Made by a program: the position numbers and the translations under genes
Notes under the pieces: model-generated
The model's database searches: none
Told to the model about the DNA's origin: nothing
The model's input: only the letters and a program-made list of their open reading frames with translations
Shown: in pieces, positions 38,553 through 48,055 of the stretch
Layout: each line of letters starts with the position of its first letter
How positions within the stretch are numbered: the first letter of the stretch is position 1
Assembly (NCBI GenBank): GCA_038227875.1
Contig: JBBRPR010000007.1
Coordinates: 128,001 to 192,000 of the forward strand
Source of the DNA: Planctomycetota bacterium
GTDB lineage: Bacteria > Planctomycetota > SZUA-567 > H5-PLA8
Reading direction: 5' to 3'
Length of the DNA: 64,000 nucleotides

Positions 38553-39401
38553 TTACTTCACCTTGTATGTGAAGTTCTGTTCCTTGGCTTCCTTGTCGCC
38601 GACCTTGACCTTGACCGGGTCGAGCTTGGTCAGCTTGGCGCCTTCGCTTTCCTGCCAGACCGCAACTTCGTAATCGCCGGCGGGAACGCCCTTGATTTCG
38701 TAGCTGCCGTCTTCCTTGGTCACCGCGAACAGCTTGTGCGGGAAGACCCACAGGTACGCCTTCATCCAGCCGTGGATGTTGCAGGCGATCGCGGCGTGTT
38801 CATCGGGTTCCGAGAACTTCACGGCCTTCTTCGAGCCGGCCTTCTGCTGGCTTTCGTTGAATTCCGGGTTGTTGCCGATGTAGTGGATGTTGTGCGCCAG
38901 ATCGTCGTCGCTCTGGACATTGACCGGCTGATCGGTGGTCACGGCCAGCACGTGGGGAATGTACTGACAGCCCTTCTGGTCAAGCGTCACTTCTTCCGTC
39001 GCCGGATCGAAGCTCCAGGTGTCGGCGATCGCCTTGCCGTTGACCGTCGTGACATAGACGACGACATTGGCCAGCTTGCCATCCTTGGAGACGACGTCTT
39101 CCTTCGTCACCGCGTCCTTGTGCAACGCCGCGCAAGAGGCCGCGCCGCTCATGTCGATCTTGTTCATCTTCGGCGCTTCGCCTTCGAGCGTCACAACGCC
39201 CTTGATGCTGCCCGTCGCCTTGTCAGCCGGGAACTTCTCGGCCGTCGCTCCACCCTTCTTGGGCGTATCCTTCTTGACTTCCGGCTTCTTGTCGCCGCCA
39301 CCCGAGGTGGGAGTCGTGGTCGGGGTGGTTTCCGGCGCACCGCAGCCGACCAGGACGACAAACGTCAACACTGAAATGAGGGCACAGACCCGCTTCAACA
39401 T
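38553..39401 (-). CDS. Lipoprotein with carboxypeptidase-regulatory-like and cupredoxin-like domains
   Basis: Lipobox LVGC; GSIKGVV, LDQKGCQYIPHV, HNIH, CNIHGWM; AAAGGAG RBS. Confidence 0.85.
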   Translation of the reverse strand: MLKRVCALISVLTFVVLVGCGAPETTPTTTPTSGGGDKKPEVKKDTPKKGGATAEKFPADKATGSIKGVVTLEGEAPKMNKIDMSGAASCAALHKDAVTKEDVVSKDGKLANVVVYVTTVNGKAIADTWSFDPATEEVTLDQKGCQYIPHVLAVTTDQPVNVQSDDDLAHNIHYIGNNPEFNESQQKAGSKKAVKFSEPDEHAAIACNIHGWMKAYLWVFPHKLFAVTKEDGSYEIKGVPAGDYEVAVWQESEGAKLTKLDPVKVKVGDKEAKEQNFTYKVK

Positions 39402-40047
39402 CGTTCTTGCTCCTTTGTAAAAAAAGCCTACCCGCTCGCTGACGCGAACCTGATGTTTCAATAGGCGCGGTTTGGTTTATCTCCCGCGCTTATACACTCA
39501 GGCCATAGGGACTGTCAATCGAAAGCGAGTGATCCCCAAACCAATCTTTAACTTCCGGCGTGCTATCGCGAATGTTTCGACTTGGGTCGAATCGCAACAA
39601 CGCGCACAAATTAGTAGTCCGCTCGGTCAGGCAATGCAAGTCGCCGTCCATAACACAATGAGCTTCGGTAATATTCATCGCGCTGGGCAATGGGGAACCT
39701 TGTCGACAAGGTCTTCGTGCGACACGCCCTTACAAGGTGCGGCCCGTTCTTTGCTTCCTCAGAATTACGAAGGTTCGCAAGGTGGAGAAAGTGTGTCGTT
39801 ACACTCCACTTATTGTGGCGAGCAGGGATAGAGTTTCGTGCAACGTGGCACGAAGCACTCTATAAGTTTTCACTTTCTGTTGACCGCTGAACGGCGCCCG
39901 ATAAAGTTCCACACATTGCCGTTCATGTCCGTGAAGACGAGTCCCAACGCTGAGCGTAAAATCAGCGCGGCGTTCGTTTGTCATTTTCATGCGTTTGGCG
40001 GACTGCACTTAAAAAGTCCGAAGCGATTACGCGAGGAAGTTCAGCTC

Positions 40048-40986
40048 ATGTCCGACACACCCAATCCAGTACCTGCACCCGACGCCCCCAAACCGCCCGC
40101 TCCCGGCACTCCTGAACCGCCCAAAGTCTTGACGGCGGAAGAGAAAATGGCGCGTCTGGCCGCTGTCCGAGCTGCCAACGCGGCCAAGGCCGCCGCGGCG
40201 AAAGGTGGCGCTGCTCCGGCTGCGCCTGCCGCCCCAGCTCCCGCGGCCGCTGCACCTGCTGCCGCCGCGACTCCGGCCGCGGCTCCCGCTGCTGCTGCTG
40301 CTCCGGCCAAACCGTTTCCGCCGAAAGCCGGCGAAGCGAAAGATTCCGGCATCGACGCCAAGGGCACTCCCGCCAACAAGCCGGCGGTCGAGCACCTTGC
40401 CGCCGCTACTGCTGCCAAGCCGGCCGCGGGTGGCGCCAAGCCGCCGAAGACTCCGGAAGTCCCGCTCCCTCCCCCGCCGCAGTTGCAGACCCGTCGCACG
40501 TTCCTTGAATGGGGTTTCGCGGCGTGGTTGTTCTTCTTCACGTTCCTGGGTGCCGTCGGCGCGTTGTTCCTGCGCTTCATGTTTCCGAACGTACTCTACG
40601 AATCCGATCCGCGTTTCATCGCCGGCAAGCGCTCGGAATACCCGGAGCTCAACAAGGTCTACGAAAACTTCAAGCAGGCGCAGGCCGTCTGGCTGGTGCG
40701 TCTGGGTGAAGAAGGTCAAGACCGCCTCGTTGCGCTCTCGACGGTCTGCACCCATCTGGGTTGCACGCCCAATTGGCTCGACGCCGAACGCAAGTTTAAG
40801 TGCCCCTGCCACGGTTCAGGTTACTACCTCAACGGCGTGAATTTCGAAGGCCCGACGCCCCGCCCGCTCGAACGTTTCCGCATCTACCTCGATTCGGCCG
40901 GCAACATCATCGTCGACAAGTCGAAGAAGTTCCGCCAGGACTTGGGCCAGTGGAACGAAAACGAATCGTACCTCGTGATGGGCTAA
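40048..40986 (+). CDS. qcrA: Rieske iron-sulfur subunit of a quinol:cytochrome c reductase, with a long Ala/Pro N-terminal extension
   Basis: TRRTFL Tat motif plus TM, CTHLGC, CPCHGS, GPTPRPL; GAGGA RBS before MSDTP. Confidence 0.93.
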   Translation: MSDTPNPVPAPDAPKPPAPGTPEPPKVLTAEEKMARLAAVRAANAAKAAAAKGGAAPAAPAAPAPAAAAPAAAATPAAAPAAAAAPAKPFPPKAGEAKDSGIDAKGTPANKPAVEHLAAATAAKPAAGGAKPPKTPEVPLPPPPQLQTRRTFLEWGFAAWLFFFTFLGAVGALFLRFMFPNVLYESDPRFIAGKRSEYPELNKVYENFKQAQAVWLVRLGEEGQDRLVALSTVCTHLGCTPNWLDAERKFKCPCHGSGYYLNGVNFEGPTPRPLERFRIYLDSAGNIIVDKSKKFRQDLGQWNENESYLVMG

Positions 40987-41075
40987 GCCACGGCAAAACA
41001 GTCGTCGTCATCCATACAGTGAAAGTCAGTTCAACACTCAAATGAAAATGTAAGGCGCAATACCGGAGAGAAATA

Positions 41076-44000
41076 ATGGCCAAGAAGGGCGGTCCGTCCA
41101 TCAAGAACATGCACATTGCCTTCGGCGCAGCCAGTGTGGTGCTGGTGCTGGCGACGGTGTATGCATTCGTTCAGGACTACACACGCGATTTCACGCCGTA
41201 CCAGAAGCAATACAACAAGTTGGAAATGGCGCGCCTCGAAAAGGAGAAAGCGACCGCCGACGAGCAGGTCCAGGAGCCGGATTACTCCAAGGAAGTTTCC
41301 GACGTCAACGACAAGATCAAAGCCGGCAAGGAAGCGCTCGACGCCAAGAAAGCCGACGTCGACAAGGCCAACGCCGACATCAAGACGATCGACAACAAGC
41401 TGCAGCTTGAAAAGCGCAACCTGAACTTCCTCAAGGCCGACTTACAGACGAAGAACTACGAAGTCGACGCCGCCAAGGACGAGAATTCGAAAGCCGCGCG
41501 TCGCAAAGAACGCGATGAGCTGAGCAAGAAGGTCGATGAAAAATTCGCACTGGTCGAAGACCTCAAGGCTCAACGCGAAGCCGCGACGAAAGTGATCGTC
41601 GACGCCACGGCCGACTACAAAAACGCGCTCAAAGAACACGACGTTCTGCTCGCTTCCGAGACCGACCTGGCCGCCAAGATCAAGAAGGCCAAGGGCAGCA
41701 CGATCATCAACCTGGCCAAGGACGCGCCGGGCATCAATTTCATCGCGCCCAATTACCACATCGAACAGGCCGTGCTCACCGACCTTCCGGAAGACCGTTT
41801 CTTCGCCAAGACCATGCGCGTCGATCGCTGCGTCAGCTGCCACAAGGCCATCGAAAATCCCGACCCCAGCTACGCCAACCGGCCCGAAGGACTGGACAAG
41901 GTCCTGCGCTCGCACCCGCAACTGGATCTGTTCGTCAGCCCCAATTCCAAGCACCCATACAACAAGTTCGGCTGCACGGTCTGCCATCAGGGCAAACCGA
42001 TGGGCACGACCTTCACCCGCGCCGCCCACTCTCCGCAGAATCCCGAGCAAGCTGAAGAATGGGAGAAGAAGTTCGGCTGGGAGTACCTGCACTATTGGGA
42101 CAACAAGATGCTGCCCCTGCAGCACACGGAAGCCAGCTGCCTGAAGTGCCATCGCGGACTGGACGAAGTGCCGAAAGCCAGCAAGCTCAACGAAGGCCGC
42201 TACCTCTTCCGCGACCGCGGCTGCACCAACTGTCACATGGGCGCCAGCGGTGACAAGGACATGGCCTGGGTCGGACGCATCGGACCGGACCTGCGCCGCA
42301 TCGGCGAAAAGACGAACATCGAATGGGCTCGCAACTGGATCCTGAACCCCTGGGATTTCCGCGCCACCACCAAGATGCCGCGCTTCTTCGGCCTTGAAAA
42401 TCGCACTGACGAAGACATGAAGCTCGCCGTCGGCAGCGACCACCTGCCGCGCGATCCGGTCGAAGTTGAAGCGATCGCCACGTACCTCTTCACCACCAGC
42501 AAGCTGCGCGAAACGCCCCCGCCTGACGCACCGGCCGGAGACGTGGAAGCCGGACGCCTGCTCTTCTCCGGCATCGGCTGCCTGGGCTGCCACGCCACGA
42601 TCGATCAGAAGGATCCGAATAAGTTCGACGTCAACCATCACGGCCCGGACCTGAGCCGCGTGGGCGAGAAGCTGACGCCCGGCTGGCTCTACGCGTGGCT
42701 CAAAGCGCCGCGCAATTACTGGCCGGAAACGAAAATGCCCAACCTGCGCCTCTCCGATAAGGAAGCCGCGGACCTGACCGCGTACCTGATGACCACGATG
42801 AAGGTGCCGGGCAAGAAACTCGAAGCACAGAAGGAAGCACCCGAAGACGCGTTCGATCAGGTGATCCGGGATAAGCTCGGCGCCACCACGCCGGTCGTGA
42901 AGTTGACGGAAATGCTCGGCGATCCGATCAAGCTGATGGACGAGTCGCTCCACAACAAGGTCAAGATGGCCAGCAAGAAGGAAGCCGATGGCACCAGCAA
43001 GATGGTCGACACCGGTGAAGGTGAATGGACCGAAGGCCAGATCGCGAAGCTGAAGGAGTTCATCAACAAGAGCCCCAACCCCAAGCGCACCGCCAAGGCT
43101 TTCTACACGGGTGAAACGTTGATCCAGCATCACGGCTGCTTTGGCTGTCACAACATCCAAGGCTGGACCTTCGCGCCGCTGACCTGCGTCAATCTCGCCG
43201 GCGAAGCGGACAAGGATCTGGAAAAACTCGACTTCGGCAAGACCCAGACGGATAAGCATCCGATCGGGCATACGAAGTGGGACTGGTTCTACACCAAGAT
43301 CGCCCGCCCCCGCGTCTACGACATGGGCAAGCTGGAATTGATCAAGCCCTTCGACCGTCTCCGCATGCCGTGGTTTGGCTATTCCAAGCCCGAAGGTGAA
43401 GCCGCCAAGGAAGGCGATCATCATTTCCATCCGGAAGACAATGCGGATCTGGAAAACAACAACACGCCCAACGGCTTGAATCCCCGCCAGATCGAACGGC
43501 TCGTGACCCACATCCTGAGCCTGACGATGGAACCGATTCCGGTGGAGAAGCAGCACGCTCCGTCGCCGCAGGAAGTGGCCATCGACCGCGGCCACCGCGT
43601 CATCCGTGAATTGAACTGCACGGGCTGTCATCTCGTCGGCCTGAATGGAAGTCCCGAACCGGGTGGAGAACCGCTGCCGGAGGAAATTCCGGTCGAAGGT
43701 CTCGTCGCGTTGTTGCCACAGGCAGGACCGGGTTCACCGTCAGAAATGCGCAAACCTGGAAACTTGTTCTACGTCGATGAAGACGTGGTCTCGCTGACCT
43801 ACGAAGAGAAGACCGACGGCACGAAAGAACCGTTCACGATGCCCGGCTACCTCAACGTGCTGCGCGGTTCGTACATTACCGACAAGACCGCGCCGATCAT
43901 CCTGGCCGAAAAGCGCGTCCGCGCCAATTCGTTGCTGCCGTTCATTCCCGTGGGCTTCACCTTCCAGGACAAAGCGAATCCGAAGAAGGGTGTGGTCAGC

Positions 44001-45068
44001 TACGGCGATGTCGTCAGTGAAGCGCGCTTCCTCGAAGTCACGAAGTACTTCTACGCCGACGAGAAGGCCGCCTCCACGTCCTACGCGAAGCTGGCCAAGA
44101 AGTTCGTCGAGAAGGATGCCTACGAACGTCTGGCCGGTACCGATGCGCTGGCCAAAGCCCCTGGCGATGACGTCAAGCTCACAGCTCTGCAGATTGAAGA
44201 GCGCAAGGTCAACAAGACGTACTATGAACCGATGAAGATCAAGGTCCGCTTCCAACGCGGCGAAGGCCGCATCGCCGATCACATGATCAAGTTCGAAACG
44301 GCGCGCGGAATCGACGGCGCCAGCCAGCAACAGGCGCCGCCCAGCCTGAGCTACGAAGGCGGCAAGGTTCAGCCGGACTGGCTGTACCAGTTCCTCCACA
44401 GCGTTTACCCGCTGCGCCAGGGGCTGTACATCCGCATGCCCAGCTTCTGGACCGATGGGCCGTACTCGAAGTACAAGTCGATCTACCCGGCGGGACATCT
44501 GTCGGCGATCGATCCGCTCAAGCGCGGTACCGGCTTCGCCGGCGAGCCGCTGCCCTCGGCGGAAGCCGTCAAGCTGGCCGATCTCCCCGACGATGCCGCG
44601 CAGGTCGTCGATTACTTCATCGCCGACTCCGGTCAGAAGGCCTACGGCACACAACCCGGACCGGTGGGCGACACCGACAAGAAGCAGTATACCGACGGCC
44701 AGTTCCTGATCTTCGGCGACGAAAAAGCCGGCGGCATGGGCTGCGTCAACTGTCACGCGGTCGGCACCAAGATTCCGAAGGAAGCGAAGTGGGCGCCGAA
44801 TCTCGCCAGCGCCAAGCGCCGCCTCCGTCCGGAATGGGTCCAGCGATTCCTGATCTTCCCCGCGGCGATCTACCCGTGGACGAACATGCCCAACAATTTC
44901 CATTTCGATTGGGACAACTACAAATACTCCACCGATCCCAACAATCAGTTGAAGGGCATCCAGGAAGGCAACGAAGAGAACCTGAAGACGTGGGGTTCGA
45001 AGATCCAGGCCGCCAAGTTCTACCTGATGCACTCCGGCGAAGCTGAAATCGGCGGCGACGGGAAGTAA
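41076..45068 (+). CDS. Membrane-anchored octaheme c-type cytochrome
   Basis: Eight CxxCH (CVSCH, CTVCH, CLKCH, CTNCH, CLGCH, CFGCH, CTGCH, CVNCH); N-terminal TM and coiled coil; repeated GPDL...W...MP class I signatures. Confidence 0.93.
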   Translation: MAKKGGPSIKNMHIAFGAASVVLVLATVYAFVQDYTRDFTPYQKQYNKLEMARLEKEKATADEQVQEPDYSKEVSDVNDKIKAGKEALDAKKADVDKANADIKTIDNKLQLEKRNLNFLKADLQTKNYEVDAAKDENSKAARRKERDELSKKVDEKFALVEDLKAQREAATKVIVDATADYKNALKEHDVLLASETDLAAKIKKAKGSTIINLAKDAPGINFIAPNYHIEQAVLTDLPEDRFFAKTMRVDRCVSCHKAIENPDPSYANRPEGLDKVLRSHPQLDLFVSPNSKHPYNKFGCTVCHQGKPMGTTFTRAAHSPQNPEQAEEWEKKFGWEYLHYWDNKMLPLQHTEASCLKCHRGLDEVPKASKLNEGRYLFRDRGCTNCHMGASGDKDMAWVGRIGPDLRRIGEKTNIEWARNWILNPWDFRATTKMPRFFGLENRTDEDMKLAVGSDHLPRDPVEVEAIATYLFTTSKLRETPPPDAPAGDVEAGRLLFSGIGCLGCHATIDQKDPNKFDVNHHGPDLSRVGEKLTPGWLYAWLKAPRNYWPETKMPNLRLSDKEAADLTAYLMTTMKVPGKKLEAQKEAPEDAFDQVIRDKLGATTPVVKLTEMLGDPIKLMDESLHNKVKMASKKEADGTSKMVDTGEGEWTEGQIAKLKEFINKSPNPKRTAKAFYTGETLIQHHGCFGCHNIQGWTFAPLTCVNLAGEADKDLEKLDFGKTQTDKHPIGHTKWDWFYTKIARPRVYDMGKLELIKPFDRLRMPWFGYSKPEGEAAKEGDHHFHPEDNADLENNNTPNGLNPRQIERLVTHILSLTMEPIPVEKQHAPSPQEVAIDRGHRVIRELNCTGCHLVGLNGSPEPGGEPLPEEIPVEGLVALLPQAGPGSPSEMRKPGNLFYVDEDVVSLTYEEKTDGTKEPFTMPGYLNVLRGSYITDKTAPIILAEKRVRANSLLPFIPVGFTFQDKANPKKGVVSYGDVVSEARFLEVTKYFYADEKAASTSYAKLAKKFVEKDAYERLAGTDALAKAPGDDVKLTALQIEERKVNKTYYEPMKIKVRFQRGEGRIADHMIKFETARGIDGASQQQAPPSLSYEGGKVQPDWLYQFLHSVYPLRQGLYIRMPSFWTDGPYSKYKSIYPAGHLSAIDPLKRGTGFAGEPLPSAEAVKLADLPDDAAQVVDYFIADSGQKAYGTQPGPVGDTDKKQYTDGQFLIFGDEKAGGMGCVNCHAVGTKIPKEAKWAPNLASAKRRLRPEWVQRFLIFPAAIYPWTNMPNNFHFDWDNYKYSTDPNNQLKGIQEGNEENLKTWGSKIQAAKFYLMHSGEAEIGGDGK

Positions 45069-45095
45069 TCCGCTCGACGAAGTCGCAGGCAAATT

Positions 45096-45131
45096 CAAAA
45101 CGGACAAGCGTGAAAGCGCTTGTCCGTTTTG
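45096..45131 (+). terminator. Rho-independent terminator closing the Rieske-octaheme unit
   Basis: CAAAACGGACAAGCG-TGAAAG-CGCTTGTCCGTTTTG. Confidence 0.85.
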
Positions 45132-45180
45132 CTTTCACACACGTGGTACTTTTACTCCGTCGCCGGTATACTCTGAAACC

Positions 45181-45966
45181 ATGCCCTCAAAGAAATCTCC
45201 GCCCAAGGAAATCGATCCCGTCGCCAGCAGTAGCAGCAAAGCGCTGACGCGTGGCTTGGAAATCCTGCGGTTGCTGGTCGAATCCGAGCCGATGACGTCA
45301 ACAGAAGTCGCCGCCAAGCTGGGCCTGCATCAAAGTTCCGCGTCGCGCATTTTGAAAGTCTTGAGTACCGCCGGCTACGTACGCAAGCCGACGTACCAGA
45401 GCTTCACCGTCGACTACGGCGTGCTCACCATGGTCGGCCGCGCGGTCCACAATTTCAAAATGATGACCCGGCCGCGCGCGATCATCGCTCAGCTGGCCGA
45501 AAAGCATCCCGATTTCCTGATCACGCTCGGCACGCTCTGGCAGGGCGAGCTGCTCTACCTGCTCCGCGCGCAACACGGCCAGGACGTCATCTCCGGCTAC
45601 GCCGGCAGCTATCCCGTGCACCTTTCGACCGTCGGCATGCGCCTGCTGCTCGATCGACCGGAAAAAGAAGCGATCGAAGTCCTCAACGCCAGCAAGCGAC
45701 GCTACGGCTGGGAACGCCCGACGCCGCTGGTGCCGCAGACGCCCGCGGAGTGCCTCAAGATCGTCCGTACATTTCTGCGCGAGGACTGCCTCCCACTGGT
45801 GAATTGGCAGAACAAGACGACCTTCGGCGTCTCCATTCCGATCAGCGTGCCAGGTGAACCCGTTTGCGCGCTGGCCTTCTCCGGCAAACCCGGCAGCGAA
45901 CCGGTCGATCAAATCCTGCTCTACCTGCACGATGGAAGGCGCGCCATCGAAGCCGCGCTGACTTAG
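45181..45966 (+). CDS. IclR family transcriptional regulator
   Basis: ALTRGLEILRLL...EVAAKLGLHQSSASRILKVL..AGYV HTH; PVHLSTVG. Confidence 0.9.
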   Translation: MPSKKSPPKEIDPVASSSSKALTRGLEILRLLVESEPMTSTEVAAKLGLHQSSASRILKVLSTAGYVRKPTYQSFTVDYGVLTMVGRAVHNFKMMTRPRAIIAQLAEKHPDFLITLGTLWQGELLYLLRAQHGQDVISGYAGSYPVHLSTVGMRLLLDRPEKEAIEVLNASKRRYGWERPTPLVPQTPAECLKIVRTFLREDCLPLVNWQNKTTFGVSIPISVPGEPVCALAFSGKPGSEPVDQILLYLHDGRRAIEAALT

Positions 45967-45988
45967 CAGTTACGTAACTTCTTGACAC

Positions 45989-46022
45989 AAAAAAGCGCGG
46001 CAGATTTCTCTGCCGCGCTTTT
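45989..46022. terminator. Bidirectional terminator between convergent genes
   Basis: AAAAAAGCGCGGCAGA-TTTC-TCTGCCGCGCTTTT. Confidence 0.85.
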
Positions 46023-46046
46023 CTCATTTTAAAAGTCTCAGTATTT

Positions 46047-46964
46047 CTACGGCAACGACGCGCTGCTGCTTGATGTCGCGGAAGTCCGGTGAGCTACATG
46101 CGGCGTCGCGCTGTGCGTGCCGATCGACGTGTGCGCGGTGTACTGGATCGGGACGCCAATCGCGCCGTCGCCGAGCGACGCGCGGAAGGAACCGACGTCC
46201 AGCGCGCGGCCGGGGCACTGCGTGCTCTTGCCTGGGACATTGCCGTGGCCAATCACTTCGGACGAAGGCACGCCCGTCTTGACCTGCAGGAAGCGGACGA
46301 GCCGGCGCAGGCTGGCCATCTGGTTGGGCGTTGGTGTGCCGCCATTTTCGAAATCGCCGACCAGGCAGATGCCGATTCCGTGCTGGTTGTATTCAATGTT
46401 GCCCGCGTGAGCACCCTGCATCTGGCGGCTCCAGCGGAATCCGACTTCGACTTCGCCATCGCCCGACGCCGAGCCATTGCCGATCACGAAGTGGTAGCCC
46501 AGGCCGTCCCAGCCGCGGTCGCGATGCGCCTTATCGAAAATCGACGCCGAACCCACCGCGCTGGCCGAGTGATGCACCACGATATGCCGCCATTCGCGCG
46601 TGATCGGAATATCCCACGCCGGATCAGCCGAGACGCCCGTATCCTGAACCACGCGAGTCCGCGTAGGCGGCGCGATCACAATCGGCGCCGGCGCAGGCAT
46701 GGAATAAATGCGGTCGATGTCTTCCTGGGATCGTGGACGGTAAATGGTGGTCTGCGAGGCCGTCGGCGCTTCCACCGGCGGAGCGGCTTCGGCGACGCGC
46801 TGCAATTCCGGGTTGGGCGTGCGCGAGGAGTCGGCGTGGTTGCTGCTGCTGCACCCGGAGAGCATCAGCGCGAACGCTCCAGCTCCTCCGGTGATCCACA
46901 GCGGCATGCGACTGAAGCGATTAAGTGTCCCGGTCTTCGAATTCAGCGCGCCGCTGTGGTTCAT
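46047..46964 (-). CDS. N-acetylmuramoyl-L-alanine amidase (Amidase_2/PGRP-like) lipoprotein
   Basis: Lipobox LSGC; IVVHHSA, GYHFVIGNG, GAHA, IGICLVG, GH...TQCPG. Confidence 0.92.
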   Translation of the reverse strand: MNHSGALNSKTGTLNRFSRMPLWITGGAGAFALMLSGCSSSNHADSSRTPNPELQRVAEAAPPVEAPTASQTTIYRPRSQEDIDRIYSMPAPAPIVIAPPTRTRVVQDTGVSADPAWDIPITREWRHIVVHHSASAVGSASIFDKAHRDRGWDGLGYHFVIGNGSASGDGEVEVGFRWSRQMQGAHAGNIEYNQHGIGICLVGDFENGGTPTPNQMASLRRLVRFLQVKTGVPSSEVIGHGNVPGKSTQCPGRALDVGSFRASLGDGAIGVPIQYTAHTSIGTHSATPHVAHRTSATSSSSASLP

Positions 46965-46979
46965 CTGTTTTGACGCTCC

Positions 46980-47843
46980 TCAAGTGATCCTGTTGACTAC
47001 TTTTCCCAGTCCCTGAACTTCCAATTCCACTGTATCGCCGCGCTTCAACAACTGCGGCGGCTTCAAAAACACGCCCACGCCCGAAGGCGTTCCCGTCGCG
47101 ATCACATCGCCCGGCTGCAGCGTCACGCCGCGCGTGATATACGCGATGATTTCCGCGACGGAGAAGATCATTCTTTCCGTCGACGAATTCTGACGCAGAT
47201 CTCCGTTCACTTTGCAGGTCAGCTTCAGCGCCTGCGGATTCCCCACTTCATCCGGCGTCACCAGCGCCGGCCCGAATGGCGCAAAGGTGTCGAACGACTT
47301 GCCGCGGTACCACTGCTTGTCCCCGAACTGGCAACAGCGCGCCGAGACGTCGTTCAGCGTGCAGTACCCGGCGACATACTTCTCAAAATCGGCGGCCGCC
47401 ACGTTCTTCGCCGTCTTGCCGATGATCACGCCCAGCTCGACTTCGTAATCCAACTGCTCGACGCCGTCGGGGTAGATCACATCATCATTCGGTCCAGCCG
47501 CCGCCATCGGCGACTTGCCGAACAGCAGCGGAGCCTTCGGGTACGGCACGTTCTGTTCGTCGGCGTGGTCCTTGTAATTCAGCCCCACACAGACGATCTG
47601 TCCCGGCCGAGGCACCGGCGCGCCCAGTCGCACGCCCTCAGCCTTAAACCAGGCTTTACCTGCTGTGGATGGTGTATCGGCCAGAATTCGTCTGGCCCTT
47701 TCCCAAAAATTGCCGCGAAGAAATTGTTTCATCGAAGGCGGAATGGTCCCGTCGGCCGCATTCAGGTCCAGAATCCGCTTTCCGTCCTCAACCCAGGCGC
47801 CCAACCGCTCTTCGCCAGCCGGCCCAAAGCTCACTAATCGCAT
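46980..47843 (-). CDS. Fumarylacetoacetate hydrolase family protein
   Basis: GLNYKDH, DYEVEL, NDVSAR, GKSFDTF, TGTPSGVG. Confidence 0.95.
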   Translation of the reverse strand: MRLVSFGPAGEERLGAWVEDGKRILDLNAADGTIPPSMKQFLRGNFWERARRILADTPSTAGKAWFKAEGVRLGAPVPRPGQIVCVGLNYKDHADEQNVPYPKAPLLFGKSPMAAAGPNDDVIYPDGVEQLDYEVELGVIIGKTAKNVAAADFEKYVAGYCTLNDVSARCCQFGDKQWYRGKSFDTFAPFGPALVTPDEVGNPQALKLTCKVNGDLRQNSSTERMIFSVAEIIAYITRGVTLQPGDVIATGTPSGVGVFLKPPQLLKRGDTVELEVQGLGKVVNRIT

Positions 47844-47904
47844 TTGCGTTTCTCCTCGATTTTTGATGTCAGTAATTGCGAAATCAGAGAACGAATCACT
47901 ACCG

Positions 47905-47978
47905 ACCCTGTCGCGAATTCGTGACAGGGTGCCCGATTTTAACCACCCGGTAAATTTACCGGGAGGTCAAAATGACCT
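47905..47978. promoter_or_regulatory. Three closely spaced palindromes upstream of the FAH gene
   Basis: 26-bp near-perfect (47905-47930), 18-bp perfect (47946-47963), AGGTCA-N3-TGACCT (47964-47978). Confidence 0.5.
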
Positions 47979-48055
47979 ATTTAGAAATTAATGAGTTGCG
48001 CCTTAACCTTGTTCACCGCGCTTTCGACATTCATCGTTCATCCTTCGCCGTTCAG

